A stretch of 64,000 nucleotides of DNA, from positions 36,933 through 100,932 of the forward strand of contig DATNEA010000047.1 in NCBI GenBank assembly GCA_035606845.1, in the 5' to 3' direction. Source of the stretch: Candidatus Angelobacter sp. Lineage in GTDB: Bacteria > Verrucomicrobiota > Verrucomicrobiia > Limisphaerales > DASXHY01. The notes under the pieces are model-generated. The model had not been told where the DNA came from, did no database searches, and worked only from the letters and a program-made list of their open reading frames with translations. Shown in pieces: positions 28,551-39,400 of this stretch (the first letter of the stretch is position 1; the number at the start of each line of letters is the position of its first letter). The translations under genes and the position numbers were made by a program.

Positions 28551-29855
28551 ATGAAAACAGTTCTCCATCCCGCCCGGATTGCCGCGCTCTTCGTCCTCGC
28601 CACCTTCCTCAGCACCCGCGCCCAGGCGCAAACCAATGCGCCAAGGGAATGGATCGATCCGGACACCGGCCATCGCATCGTGCAGCTTTCCACCGAACCC
28701 GGCACTGAGAGCCTGTACTTCAATTTGAACCCCTTCACGCCCGACGGCAAAAAAATGGTCGTCACGTCGCCCACCGGCATCTCGATGATCGACCTCCAGA
28801 CGCACGCTGTGGATAAAATCATTTCCGGCCGCGCGCACGTCATCATGGTCGGCCATAAAACCGGCAGGATCTATTACGGCGCCAGGGAGATCGTCAATGG
28901 CGTGACGAATAACTGGATTTGCTCCGTCGATCCCAACACGAAGGCCGTCCAAAAAATCCTCAAGCTCGCCCGCGGCCAGCAAGTTTCCAGCGTGAATGCC
29001 GACGAAACCCTCCTCGCCGGCACCATCACCGAACGCAACGACTGGGAAACCAACGCGGATTATTTCGACCGCGGCCCCAATCGGCTGAACGACATCGCCA
29101 CCGCCAACAAGTATCGCGGCACGAAGGGCACGATGATGGAGAAACGCCTCGCCAAGCATTACCCGATGGAACTGTTTTTTTACAACATCGCGACCGGCAA
29201 AATCAAAAAATACCATCGTTGCACGGATTGGCTCAATCACCTGCAATTCTCGCCCACCGACCCAAAACTCCTGATGTTTTGTCACGAAGGCCCGTGGCAC
29301 AAGGTCGACCGCATCTGGACCATCCACACCGACGGCTCGCATCTCACATTGATTCACAAACGCACCATGATCATGGAAATCGCCGGCCACGAATTCTTCA
29401 GCGCGGATGGCAAGACCATCTGGTATGACCTGCAAACACCGCGCGGCGAGGATTTCTGGGTGGCTGGTTACAACCTCTACACGGGCAAACGCACCTGGTA
29501 TCACTTGCAGCGCAATGAATGGGGCGTCCATTTCAACATCTCGCCCGACAACACCTTGTTCTCCAGCGATGGCGGCGATGAAAAAATGGTCGCGCACGCG
29601 CCAAACGGAAAATGGCTTTACTTGCTGCGTCCCGAACTCATTACCGACCGATCGCTCGGCACGATTGACACGAAAGGCCTCATTCAGCCCGGCGTGTTCG
29701 AATCCGAAAAACTCGTCAACATGAGCAAACACGATTACGCCCTCGAACCGAACGCGATGTTTTCGCCCGACATGAAATGGCTTATTTTCCGCAGCAACAT
29801 GAGCGGCGCCAACCAGACCTATGCCGTGGAATTGAAGAAAGCGAATGAAAATTAA
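28551..29855 (+). CDS. ogl: PL22 oligogalacturonate lyase
   Basis: Signal peptide from ATG 28551. WLNHLQFSP...FCHEGPWHKVDRIW...AGHEFF and C-terminal EPNAMFSPDMKWLIFRSN align with my recollection of Yersinia/Dickeya Ogl (FCHEGP, HEF). The 710-aa track ORF is an antisense-overlapping extension. Confidence 0.85.
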   Translation: MKTVLHPARIAALFVLATFLSTRAQAQTNAPREWIDPDTGHRIVQLSTEPGTESLYFNLNPFTPDGKKMVVTSPTGISMIDLQTHAVDKIISGRAHVIMVGHKTGRIYYGAREIVNGVTNNWICSVDPNTKAVQKILKLARGQQVSSVNADETLLAGTITERNDWETNADYFDRGPNRLNDIATANKYRGTKGTMMEKRLAKHYPMELFFYNIATGKIKKYHRCTDWLNHLQFSPTDPKLLMFCHEGPWHKVDRIWTIHTDGSHLTLIHKRTMIMEIAGHEFFSADGKTIWYDLQTPRGEDFWVAGYNLYTGKRTWYHLQRNEWGVHFNISPDNTLFSSDGGDEKMVAHAPNGKWLYLLRPELITDRSLGTIDTKGLIQPGVFESEKLVNMSKHDYALEPNAMFSPDMKWLIFRSNMSGANQTYAVELKKANEN

Positions 29856-29929
29856 ACCACGAAGCAGCCTTCGATTTCTTCTCCGCATTTCATTGGCTAT
29901 GTTCGGCGAGAGGCGCTGGAGCAAGTTCT

Positions 29930-29966
29930 CCCTCTCCCGTCGGGCGGAAGAGGGCCGGGGTGAGGG
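29930..29966 (+). repeat. CCCTCTCCC-hairpin / CCGGGGTGAGG repeat, copy 1
   Basis: CCCTCTCCCGTCGGGCGGAAGAGGGCCGGGGTGAGGG lies between ogl and the GH106-like gene. Copy 2 is at 46872. Confidence 0.75.
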
Positions 29967-29991
29967 TTTTGGCGAGCAGAGTTTCACGACT

Positions 29992-32667
29992 ATGTCGTGC
30001 TCACTTAAACGTGATCGTTTTGCCACCGGCGCGCTGAGTCTAATCCTCCTTTTTACGTCGCCCCTTTTTTCCATCGCCGCCGACAGCCCCCTCGCCTGGC
30101 CCGCCATCACTTCAGAAATGCGCCCGTGGGCCTGGTGGTGGTGGCACGGCAGCGCCGTGGATCAAACCAACCTTTCTCACGAACTCCACCGCTTCCACGA
30201 TGCCGGCCTCGGCGGCGTCCAAATCACCTCGATTTACGGCACGGAAGGCGCAGAATCGCGCGACATCCCCTATCTCACGCCCCAATGGCTGGACATGATG
30301 GGCTTCACCGTCAATGAAGCGCACCGGCTCGGCATGGGGGTGGACATGACCCTCGGCTCGGGATGGTGCTTCGGCGGACCGACCGTCAGCACCAACGATG
30401 CGAACGCCAGCGTAATCGTCCACACCTATCAACTCGGCATCGGCGAGCGCATCACGGGCAAAATAAATCCCAAAACCACGCAAGCCCTCGTAGCCTACGG
30501 CCCCGATGGCAAAGCCACTGATCTCACCAGCTCCATCGCTGCCGATGGCGAGGTCAACTTTTCTCCGACGGAAAAATGCACCGTTTACGCCATTTCACAA
30601 AGACCCTCCAGCCAAAAGGTGAAGCGCGCCGCGCCCGGCGGCGAAGGCTGGATGTTGAATCCCGCTTACCCGAAGGCGATGCGCGACTGGCTCAAATGGT
30701 TCGATGGGGCATTCGCCAATTATCATGGCTCCAAACCGCACGGCGTTTTCCAGGATTCCTACGAATATCGCACCGATTGGTCGCCGGATTTCTTCGTCCA
30801 ATTTAAAAAACTCCGCGGCTACAAATTGCAAAATGAACTGCCCGCGCTCTTCGGCAATCAAGAGGACGACCGCGCCGCCCGCGTGAAATACGATTATCGC
30901 CGCACGATCTCCGACATCATGGCCACCGAATCCGAGCCCATTTGGATTGATTGGGCCCACAAGAATGGATTCGCCGCGATTTACCAGGCCCATGGCACGC
31001 CCGGGAACTGGCTCGATCTCTATGCGGATGCGGACGTTCCCGAAACGGAAATGTTCCACCTCGACCGCAACATTCTCATTTCAAAGTTCGCCTCATCCGC
31101 CGCGCACACGCAAGGCCGCCCACTCACCGGCGCGGAAACCGGCACCTGGCTCAAGGAGCATTTCACCGCAACGCTCGCCGACGTGAAATCCGTCGCTGAC
31201 GACATGTTTCTCTCCGGCGTGAACCACATTTATTACCACGGCGCCTGCTATTCGCCCGATGACGCAGCGTGGCCCGGCTGGGTGTTTTACGCATCCACGG
31301 AAATGAACCCGCGCAATCCCATCTGGCACGACGTCGGCACGCTCAATGAATACGTCGCGCGCTGCCAGTCCATTTTTCAATCGAGCAAGCCCGACAATGA
31401 CATCCTGCTCTACTGGCCCATCGCCGATTTTTGGAGCAATCCAAGCGGCCGGTTGTTGTTCCCTATGACTGTCAGCGCCCAGGATTGGTTCGAAAGCCAG
31501 CCCATTGGCAAGGCGGCTCACTGGTTGTGGAACGAAGGCTATTCCTTCGACTATGTTTCTGATGCGCAATTGCAAAACGCAAAAGTTTCCCAAGGCAAAA
31601 TCCAAATGCCCGGAGGCAATTATAAACTCGTTGTCGTGCCCGAATGCCAATTCATGCCGCCCGAAACGCTGAAGCAACTCCTGGCCCTGGCGAAAAGCGG
31701 CGCAAGGATTGTCTTTGAAAATCATTTTCCGTCGGACGTGCCCGGCCTCGAACATCTCGAAGCGCGCCGCAAACAATTCAATTCTTTCCTGCGTAAAATC
31801 AAGGCGCGGAAAGGCAAAGTTTTCGTCGGCGCGCTGGACGATGCGCTGGATCGCGCGTCCGCGCAGGATTGCCAGGAGCTGTTCGCCAGTGCTGGCCGCC
31901 TCTCTTACGTGCGGCTTTCATTCGATGGCGGCTGGAATTATTTCATCGCCAATCGCGCGGACGTGAATTTCGATAAGTGGATCGCATTGGATCGCAAAAC
32001 GAGCTCCATCGTGCTCCTCGATCCCATGACCGGCAAAACCGGATTGGCCGCGTGGGATGACTTCGGCAACATCCACCTGCAATTGGCCGCGGGTGAGTCG
32101 GTCATTCTCCGTGCCTTCGCCAATGAGAATGTGGCAAGCCCCGCCTGGACTTATTGGCACACGAACGGCCAACCACATGCAATCAGCAGCCAGTGGCACA
32201 TCAAGTTTGTCACCGGCGGACCGACATTGCCTGCTGACTTCCAAACCGCGAAGCTCGCCTCCTGGACCACGTTTCCCGATGCCAACACACAGGCCTTTGC
32301 CGGCACCGCAAGATACGAAACCACGTTCGACGCTCCCAACGCCGCCGGAAAAACATGCGTTCTCAATCTCGGCGATGTCCGCCAAAGCGCGCGTGTAAAG
32401 CTCAACGGCAAGGATTACGGCACTCTCATCGCCCCGCCCTTCCGTGTGCTGGTCGATAATCTCAAACCGACCGGCAACCAGCTCGAAGTGGAAGTCACCA
32501 GCGTCGCCGCCAACCGCATCCGCGACCTCGACCGGCGCGGCGTTCACTGGAAAATCTTCAAGGACATCAACGTGGTCAACGTGAATTACCGCCCGTTCAA
32601 CGCAGCCGACTGGCCCCTCACCGATTGCGGCCTTCTCGGCCCCGTCACGCTCACGTCCCAGGATTAA
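29992..32667 (+). CDS. GH106-like alpha-L-rhamnosidase-type glycoside hydrolase
   Basis: Signal peptide from ATG 29992. MRPWAWWWWHGSAVDQTNLSHELHRFHDAGLGGVQI and C-terminal LNLGDVRQSARVKLNGKDYGTLIAPPFRV resemble the GH106 family pattern as I recall it. Confidence 0.6.
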   Translation: MSCSLKRDRFATGALSLILLFTSPLFSIAADSPLAWPAITSEMRPWAWWWWHGSAVDQTNLSHELHRFHDAGLGGVQITSIYGTEGAESRDIPYLTPQWLDMMGFTVNEAHRLGMGVDMTLGSGWCFGGPTVSTNDANASVIVHTYQLGIGERITGKINPKTTQALVAYGPDGKATDLTSSIAADGEVNFSPTEKCTVYAISQRPSSQKVKRAAPGGEGWMLNPAYPKAMRDWLKWFDGAFANYHGSKPHGVFQDSYEYRTDWSPDFFVQFKKLRGYKLQNELPALFGNQEDDRAARVKYDYRRTISDIMATESEPIWIDWAHKNGFAAIYQAHGTPGNWLDLYADADVPETEMFHLDRNILISKFASSAAHTQGRPLTGAETGTWLKEHFTATLADVKSVADDMFLSGVNHIYYHGACYSPDDAAWPGWVFYASTEMNPRNPIWHDVGTLNEYVARCQSIFQSSKPDNDILLYWPIADFWSNPSGRLLFPMTVSAQDWFESQPIGKAAHWLWNEGYSFDYVSDAQLQNAKVSQGKIQMPGGNYKLVVVPECQFMPPETLKQLLALAKSGARIVFENHFPSDVPGLEHLEARRKQFNSFLRKIKARKGKVFVGALDDALDRASAQDCQELFASAGRLSYVRLSFDGGWNYFIANRADVNFDKWIALDRKTSSIVLLDPMTGKTGLAAWDDFGNIHLQLAAGESVILRAFANENVASPAWTYWHTNGQPHAISSQWHIKFVTGGPTLPADFQTAKLASWTTFPDANTQAFAGTARYETTFDAPNAAGKTCVLNLGDVRQSARVKLNGKDYGTLIAPPFRVLVDNLKPTGNQLEVEVTSVAANRIRDLDRRGVHWKIFKDINVVNVNYRPFNAADWPLTDCGLLGPVTLTSQD

Positions 32668-32692
32668 AACCATTGCTCAAGTTCGGCCCGGA

Positions 32693-32714
32693 GCGCCGAT
32701 CTCCTAATCGGCGC
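32693..32714 (+). terminator. Hairpin GCGCCGAT-CTCCTA-ATCGGCGC downstream of the GH106-like gene (weak T tract)
   Basis: An 8-bp perfect stem lies 26 nt after the stop at 32667, followed by GTTGTT. Confidence 0.4.
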
Positions 32715-32756
32715 GTTGTTAACGAAGCTCCTAAATCATTACGGACTCCGCAGACC

Positions 32757-32847
32757 GGTAGGGCGCGTCGCTCCGCGCGCGCCGTGAGATGATCAATACG
32801 CGCGGCAAGATTCCAAACGGCGCGGCCACGAAGTGACACGCCCCGCC
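32757..32847. repeat. 28-nt GC-rich repeat copy plus a degenerate inverted partner
   Basis: 32757-32784 reads GGTAGGGCGCGTCGCTCCGCGCGCGCCG. A degenerate reverse-complement-like arm lies at 32818-32847. Confidence 0.65.
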
Positions 32848-32976
32848 ACGATTCCTTTCGCAATGCGGACGGACTTTGAACTATACTCCCAACAGCCATC
32901 TCGGATGTATGTCTGATGGACGGCGGCACGAATCTAAATTTAATCTGACAAAACAGATCACCATATCAAACAGGCC

Positions 32977-35900
32977 ATGGCACAATCAGTGGGAACAAAT
33001 CATCGCGCCTGCTTCGGCTCCGCCAGTGCTCTCGTCCTCGTCCTCCTTCTCGTCCTCGGTTCGCGCAATTTTTGTTCGGCCCAATCCCACGGCAACTTCG
33101 AAACCAACATCGATCGCCCGCTGCGCTACTGGCCCATCGGAACCGATTTCGTCATCACGAATGGCCCGGAATTTTTCAACCGGCCTCTTTACTGCCTGAA
33201 TTCCGGCTTCCGCATCGACGGCGGCGACAAACCGGAATTCTCGCTTTATCTGCCCGGGCGCGGCGGCAACATCCGGTTCGGAATCCAAACCTCATCCGGC
33301 ACGAAATGGCTCAATGGCGCCGCGCAAATCATCACCCGCTACCGTCCCGGCTCGTTGCTTTACGAAATCCACGATCCGCTCCTGAATCAAGGAAAACTGA
33401 ACCTTGCCGTCATTCCCCTGGCGAACCATAAAGGCTTCATCACGCGCGCCGAACTCCACGGCGCAGCCGCCGATTTGATTATGGCCTTTGGCGGCGCGAA
33501 CGGCATGCGCGGCGCGCGCGATGGCGACATCGGCTGCGAAAAGGAGCCCGTCTCCGAATTTTTCCAATTGCAGCCCGACCAATGCCGTGGCGATTCCGTT
33601 TCAATTTCCTCCAACATCGTCATCCTCACCGGTCCAAAAGCCACCATCGCTGCCGTCATGCCGCCCGGCGCAATACTGTTCATCGCCAGCGCGACGAATT
33701 GGAACTCCCCGCGCGCGCTGCTCGCGTCGCCCGCGCCGGCCACGGAGTTTCCGTTGGCCGTCGGCCGAGTCACGCTGCGGTCGGATCAACCCGTTTATCT
33801 CGCCTGGGAGCAACTGTCGCAGGACGGGCAGGAGGAATTGCCGGTTTATCGCGACGTGAGCAAAAGCCAATCCGCCAGCTCGCCTGCCGATAATCGACCG
33901 GTTTCATTGTTCGACGCAACCGAGTTGCCCACTGTTTTTTCTCACGCCGAGGAATACCGCCGCACGGTTGCCCAACGCGCGCGCGTCGAAACGCCGGACG
34001 CGTTCATCAATGCCGCCGCTGCCGCGTTGTGCGTCGCCGCCGACGCCATTTGGGACGAAAAACAGCAATGCTTCATGCATGGCGCCGTCGCCTGGCGCAC
34101 GCGCCTGCTCGGCTGGCGCGGCCAATACGCCGGCGACGACCTCGGCTGGCACGAACGCACCGCCGCGCATTTCGCCGGCTTCGCCAAACAGCAAAACACC
34201 AGCCCCATTCCCGCCACCATTCCGCCGCCCGACGAGCAATTCAATCTCGCCCGCAGCGAAGCCGCCATTCATTCCAACGGCGACCTTTCCAAAAATCACT
34301 ACGACATGAACCTGGTAGCGGTGGACGCGTTTTTCCGCCACCTGCTCTGGACCGGCGACCTCGCTTACGCGCGCAAAATGTGGCCTGTGATCGAGCGGCA
34401 TTTCGCCTGGGAACACCGCTTGTTTCGCCGCGAATTCGGCCCGGACAAATTGCCGCTCTATGAAGCCTATGCCGCGATTTGGGCCAGCGACGATTTGAGT
34501 TACAACGGCGCGGGCACGGCCCACGCCAGCGCCTATAATTATTTCGCCAACAAAATGGCCGCGCGCGTGGCCGCCATGATCGGCAAGGACCCGACGCCGT
34601 ACCAGCGCGAAGCCGATTTGATTTTGCGCGCCATGAACAAATATCTCTGGCTGCCACACGAAGGCAATTTCGCCGAGAGCAAAGATTTGCTCGGCTTGCA
34701 ACTCGCGCATCCCAACTCCGGCCTGTGGACGTTTTATCACACGCTGGATTCCGAAGTGCCCACGCCCGAGCAGGCCTGGCAGATGTCGCGCTGGATTGAT
34801 AATCACATCGCGCACATCCCCATTCGCGGCGCCAACGTCCCCAACCAAAATCTGTTCACGCTGCCCGAAACCAGTTGGATGCCCTATCAATGGTCGCTCA
34901 ACAACGTCGTGATGGCCGAAGCCGCTCACACGTCCCTCGGATTCTGGCTGGCAAACCGGCCGGAAACCGCCTTTCGCCTTTTCAAAGGCGAACTCCTCGA
35001 TTCGATGTTCCTCGGCCTCTGTCCGGGAAACGTCGGCGCGATGACTTCGCACGATGCGGCGCGCGGCGAGGCCCAACGCGATTTCGCGGACGGCATCGGC
35101 GTCAATTCGCGCGCGCTGGTGGAAGGACTCTTCGGCGTGAAACCGGACGCGCTCGCGGGCGAATTGAAAATCATCCCCGGCTTTCCGGAAAATTGGAACT
35201 TCGCGACGATGCATCATCCCGATTTCGATTTTGATTTCCATCGCGACGGTTCGACGGATACCTACTTCATCCAGCCCAAGTTCACGAAACCGATGGAACT
35301 GAATTTGCAAATCCCGGGCCGCCGCACCAAACCAGAAATCACCGTCAATGGCAAACCGGCTGAGTGGAACTGGCTTGAAACCTTCGGCACGGCCCGGATC
35401 GCCATCAAAGTTCCAGCCGCCGAAAAGTATCAAGTTGTCGCAAAATGGACCGGCGAAATCCCGACCGCGAAAACGCCCCCGGAAATTCCACCCGCCGCGC
35501 CAACTCCAGCCGCAGCCTACGATTGGAAGAAAAAGGCACTCGCCAGTGAAAAATTCGAAACCATCAATCTCGCGCCTTTCTTCAACGACAAAGTCACCCA
35601 AATTTTCCGCAACGACTATCGCGCCCCGCGCTCGCCCTTTGCATCGCTGGCCACGCCGAAGCAAGGCATTGGCGGATGGTGCGAACCGAATGCCAGCTTT
35701 GACGTGGATGATTCCGGCCTGCGCTCGCTGGCCGCTCGACACGGCGGCAAAATCATTCTGCCCGACGGCATTCCCCTCGCCACGCCCGGCGAAACCGGCG
35801 CGAAAAACATCCTTTTCACCTCGCAATGGTATAATTATCCGCCCGAAGCCTCCGTTCCGCTCTCCGGAAAATCATCGCACGCTTTCCTCCTCATGGCCGG

Positions 35901-36267
35901 TTCGACGGGCCCGATGCAAAGCCGGTTCGATGACGGCGAAATCCTCGTCACCTATACCGATGGCACCACCGCCCGCCTCGCTTTGAACAATCCCGTGAAC
36001 TGGTGGCCGATCGATCAGGATTATTTTATCGACGACTACGCGTTCCGACGCGATGAACCGATTCCGCCGCGCGTCGATTTGCGCACCGGCCGAATCCGCC
36101 TGCTCGACGTGGCGAACTTCAAGGGCAAAGGCGGAAAAATCCCGGGCGGCGCCGCGACGGTTCTGGACATGCCGCTCAATCCCGCCAAGGAATTGAAATC
36201 CCTGACCGTCCGCACCCTCGCCAACGAAGTCGTCATCGGCCTCATGAGCGTGACCCTCGCGCGATAG
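32977..36267 (+). CDS. Large secreted protein, probable six-hairpin-type glycosidase, family unassigned
   Basis: Signal peptide present; 1096 aa. The central region is rich in W/Y/helix-forming segments (…AVDAFFRHLLWTGDLAYARKMWPVIERHF…) as in (alpha/alpha)6 glycosidases. There are no motifs I can tie to a named family. Confidence 0.35.
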   Translation: MAQSVGTNHRACFGSASALVLVLLLVLGSRNFCSAQSHGNFETNIDRPLRYWPIGTDFVITNGPEFFNRPLYCLNSGFRIDGGDKPEFSLYLPGRGGNIRFGIQTSSGTKWLNGAAQIITRYRPGSLLYEIHDPLLNQGKLNLAVIPLANHKGFITRAELHGAAADLIMAFGGANGMRGARDGDIGCEKEPVSEFFQLQPDQCRGDSVSISSNIVILTGPKATIAAVMPPGAILFIASATNWNSPRALLASPAPATEFPLAVGRVTLRSDQPVYLAWEQLSQDGQEELPVYRDVSKSQSASSPADNRPVSLFDATELPTVFSHAEEYRRTVAQRARVETPDAFINAAAAALCVAADAIWDEKQQCFMHGAVAWRTRLLGWRGQYAGDDLGWHERTAAHFAGFAKQQNTSPIPATIPPPDEQFNLARSEAAIHSNGDLSKNHYDMNLVAVDAFFRHLLWTGDLAYARKMWPVIERHFAWEHRLFRREFGPDKLPLYEAYAAIWASDDLSYNGAGTAHASAYNYFANKMAARVAAMIGKDPTPYQREADLILRAMNKYLWLPHEGNFAESKDLLGLQLAHPNSGLWTFYHTLDSEVPTPEQAWQMSRWIDNHIAHIPIRGANVPNQNLFTLPETSWMPYQWSLNNVVMAEAAHTSLGFWLANRPETAFRLFKGELLDSMFLGLCPGNVGAMTSHDAARGEAQRDFADGIGVNSRALVEGLFGVKPDALAGELKIIPGFPENWNFATMHHPDFDFDFHRDGSTDTYFIQPKFTKPMELNLQIPGRRTKPEITVNGKPAEWNWLETFGTARIAIKVPAAEKYQVVAKWTGEIPTAKTPPEIPPAAPTPAAAYDWKKKALASEKFETINLAPFFNDKVTQIFRNDYRAPRSPFASLATPKQGIGGWCEPNASFDVDDSGLRSLAARHGGKIILPDGIPLATPGETGAKNILFTSQWYNYPPEASVPLSGKSSHAFLLMAGSTGPMQSRFDDGEILVTYTDGTTARLALNNPVNWWPIDQDYFIDDYAFRRDEPIPPRVDLRTGRIRLLDVANFKGKGGKIPGGAATVLDMPLNPAKELKSLTVRTLANEVVIGLMSVTLAR

Positions 36268-36323
36268 AAGCTCCAATGTTGGGTGTGATTTGAACCGAGG
36301 GCCAAACGCTCGGAGCTGGCGTA

Positions 36324-36350
36324 GTGGCACGGGCGTCTCGCCCGTGCCAC
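36324..36350 (+). terminator. 12-bp perfect GC-rich hairpin (GTGGCACGGGCG-TCT-CGCCCGTGCCAC) after the 1096-aa gene
   Basis: Read directly; 57 nt after the stop at 36267. There is no U tract, so function as a terminator is uncertain. Confidence 0.4.
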
Positions 36351-36445
36351 TATATTCGCGCAACCTTGTTTTTGCCGTCGCCGATGCCCATAATTCCCGC
36401 ATGGTCCGCCACAATCAAGAAACCGTGTTCGCATCGGTTTCCGCC

Positions 36446-39400
36446 ATGGTGACGAGGCTGGCCATCGTCGTTTTTTTCCTCGCCACGGCCCTGTTTCTCC
36501 GCGCTTCAAACGAACAATACCTCACCGACGTCTGGACCTCTGACGACGGACTGCCGGACAGTTCCGTCACCGCCATCGCCCAAACTCCCGACGGTTACCT
36601 CTGGATCGGCACCTACAATGGCCTCGTGCGTTTCGATGGAATGCGCTTTGTCACCTTCGACCCCGGCAACACACCGGCGCTCGCCCACGCGCGCGTGAGA
36701 AAACTTTCCGTGGATGACCAAGGCACGCTTTGGGTGAACACGTTCGATGGCTCGATGACTTCGGTCCGGCAAGGCGTCTTCACGCGCGAATGGAACCGGG
36801 AAGCCGGTCTCGACCCCGATGCCACGCTCGTTTCCTGCGCCTCGAACCAGGTCACTTTTCTGCTGCATCACGGTTCGCTTCGCCGCCGCACCCAATCAAA
36901 TCCGCCCGGCACCGGTTGGGAGGATTTGTTTCCCACCAACCGCGCCGTTGGCGGTCTTTGCCTCGCGGACGGCGCCGGCACCATTTGGTATCGTGGTTCG
37001 GACAAACACCTGTTGCGCGTCTCGGGAAACGGCTTCGTTCCTCTCCCGGAAAACTGCGGGCTGAAGGATGACCAGGTCAACTGCATGACCACCGATCCGC
37101 AAGGCCGCTTGTGGGTGGGCACCAGCGCTGAAATTGCGATGTGGACGGGCACCTATTTTGAATCGGCCACTCCGACGAACGGCCCATGGCCCGGCGAGGT
37201 CACCTTCCTTTGCGTCGCTGGAGGCGGCCGGATTTGGGCCGGCGTCGGCAGTTCAGTGCGGGAAATCATCCATCGCCAATGGAAAGCTGAAGCGCCCGCG
37301 CTCAAAAATGTCTTCACGAACGGCCTCACGCGCGGAGGCACTCAGGAAGATCACCACGGCGGCGCGTGGATTTATGATTACACACTCGGCCTTTGGCACG
37401 TTGATGCCGAAGGACGCGCGCGGCAATTCGGCATCCAGGACGGATTTCCCGGCGAACGCGTCAATTGCCTGTTCGAGGATCATGAAGGCAATTTGTGGGC
37501 GGGTCTCGACGCCGCCGGCCTGGTGCGCATCCGCGAACGGCGTTTTCAAATCATCGATTCCGGCAGCCCGCTTTCGGGCCGGCCCGCGCGCTCCGTTTGC
37601 GAGGACACCAATGGCGCGCTTTGGATCGGCACGCTCGGCGATGGCCTGGCCCGCTGGCAGTCCGGCAACCTCACCGACCTGCCGATGCCCGGCGGCACGG
37701 GCAAAGGCTTTGTCTTTTGCGTGTGTCCGGATGCCACCGGAAGAATCTGGGCCAGCGCCGGCGATGAAGATTTGTATGTGCGTAAAAACGGCGTGTTCAC
37801 TCGCGTCAAACCCATCGTTCATGGAGTGAAAGTGATTTTCGTCGACCAGAAAAACCGCGTTTGGGTCGGCACCAAAAGCGGCTTGTATTTTGCCGATGCC
37901 GGTTCCACCAACGCTTTCCGGCAACTGGACGGCATCGGACGTCACGATGTCCGCGCGCTCTCGGAAGATGGCCGTGGAAATCTTTGGGCTGGCACCGAAG
38001 ATGGCACCTTGTTTTGCATCACGGGAGATTCTGTTAAAACATTCCATCCCTCCGACGGCAAAACCTCCCAAGCCATTTGGTCCTTGTATGCGGAGCCGAA
38101 CGGCACCGTCTGGGCGGGCACGTTTCGCGGCGGTCTGCTGCGCCTGCGCGATAATCAATTCACTCGATTCAGCATCAGTGAAGGCCTGCCCGACAATGTC
38201 ATTTGCCAGATTCTCCCCGATGACACCGGTCATCTGTGGCTGGGTTCGCATCAGGGAATTCTTGAGGTCGCCAAGGCGGATCTCGACCGTTTTGCAAAAG
38301 GTGAAACCAATGCCATTCGAGTCTCGGCTTTTGGCCGCTCGGACGGTCTGCCGTCGCTCGAATGTTCCGGCGGCTATCAACCCGCCGCCTGCCGCACCCG
38401 CGATGGCCGGCTCTGGTTCACCACCGTCAAAGGCGCGGTTTCCGTCCAGCCCGACGAAATTCGTCCCAACCGCCTCGCGCCTCCGGTGGTCATCGAAGAC
38501 ATTCTCGTGGACGGCAGAAATTTGGGCCCTCTCGCTGACCCGGAGGAATCATCAGTGCCGCTCGCGCTCAAAACCAACGCCACCTTTGATCGCCGCAAAA
38601 ACTTTCTCCAGATCCCGCCCGGCAAACACCAGCTCGAATTCCGTTACACCGGCCTGAGCCTCGTTGCCTCTGATCGCGTGCAATTCCGCTATCGTTTGGA
38701 AGGCGCCGACGCCGCGTGGGTGGATGCCGGCAAACGCCGCTCCGTGCAATACAATTTGCTTCCCGCCGGCACATACAATTTCCGCGTCATCGCCTGCAAT
38801 AGCGACGGCGTCTGGAACCAAACCGGCGCCGGCCTTCGCGTGAAAATCCTCCCGCACTTCTACGAAACCTGGTGGTTCCGGCTGCTCGCGGGCCTGATCG
38901 CTTTCGCCATCGTGGCGTTCACCATTCGCAACATCAGCCTGCGGCGGTTGCGCTCGAAAATGCAGCAATTGGAACGCCAGCATGCCATCGAACGCGAACG
39001 CTCCCGCATCGCGCGCGACATTCATGATGACCTGGGTGCCAGCCTGAACCTCATCGCCGTGCTCGGCGACCTCGCCAAAAAGCAAAAAACCGACGAGCGC
39101 ATCGAAAAAATGTCCGCCACCGCGCGCCAGGCCGTCACCTCGCTCGACGAAATCGTCTGGGCCGTCAATCCCCGCAACGACACGCTCGCCCACCTCGTGG
39201 ACTATGCCGGCCAATACGCCACCGGCTACTTGCGCGCCGCCGGCATCCGTTGCCGGCTCGATGTGCCTGAGGGAATGCCCGCCGGCGAAATCGCCTCCGA
39301 CGTCCGCCACAATCTCTTTCTCGTCATCAAGGAGGGCCTGCAAAACATCGTGAAACATTCACGCGCCACCGAAGTCTGGCTGCGCATAAGCACCGGCGAG

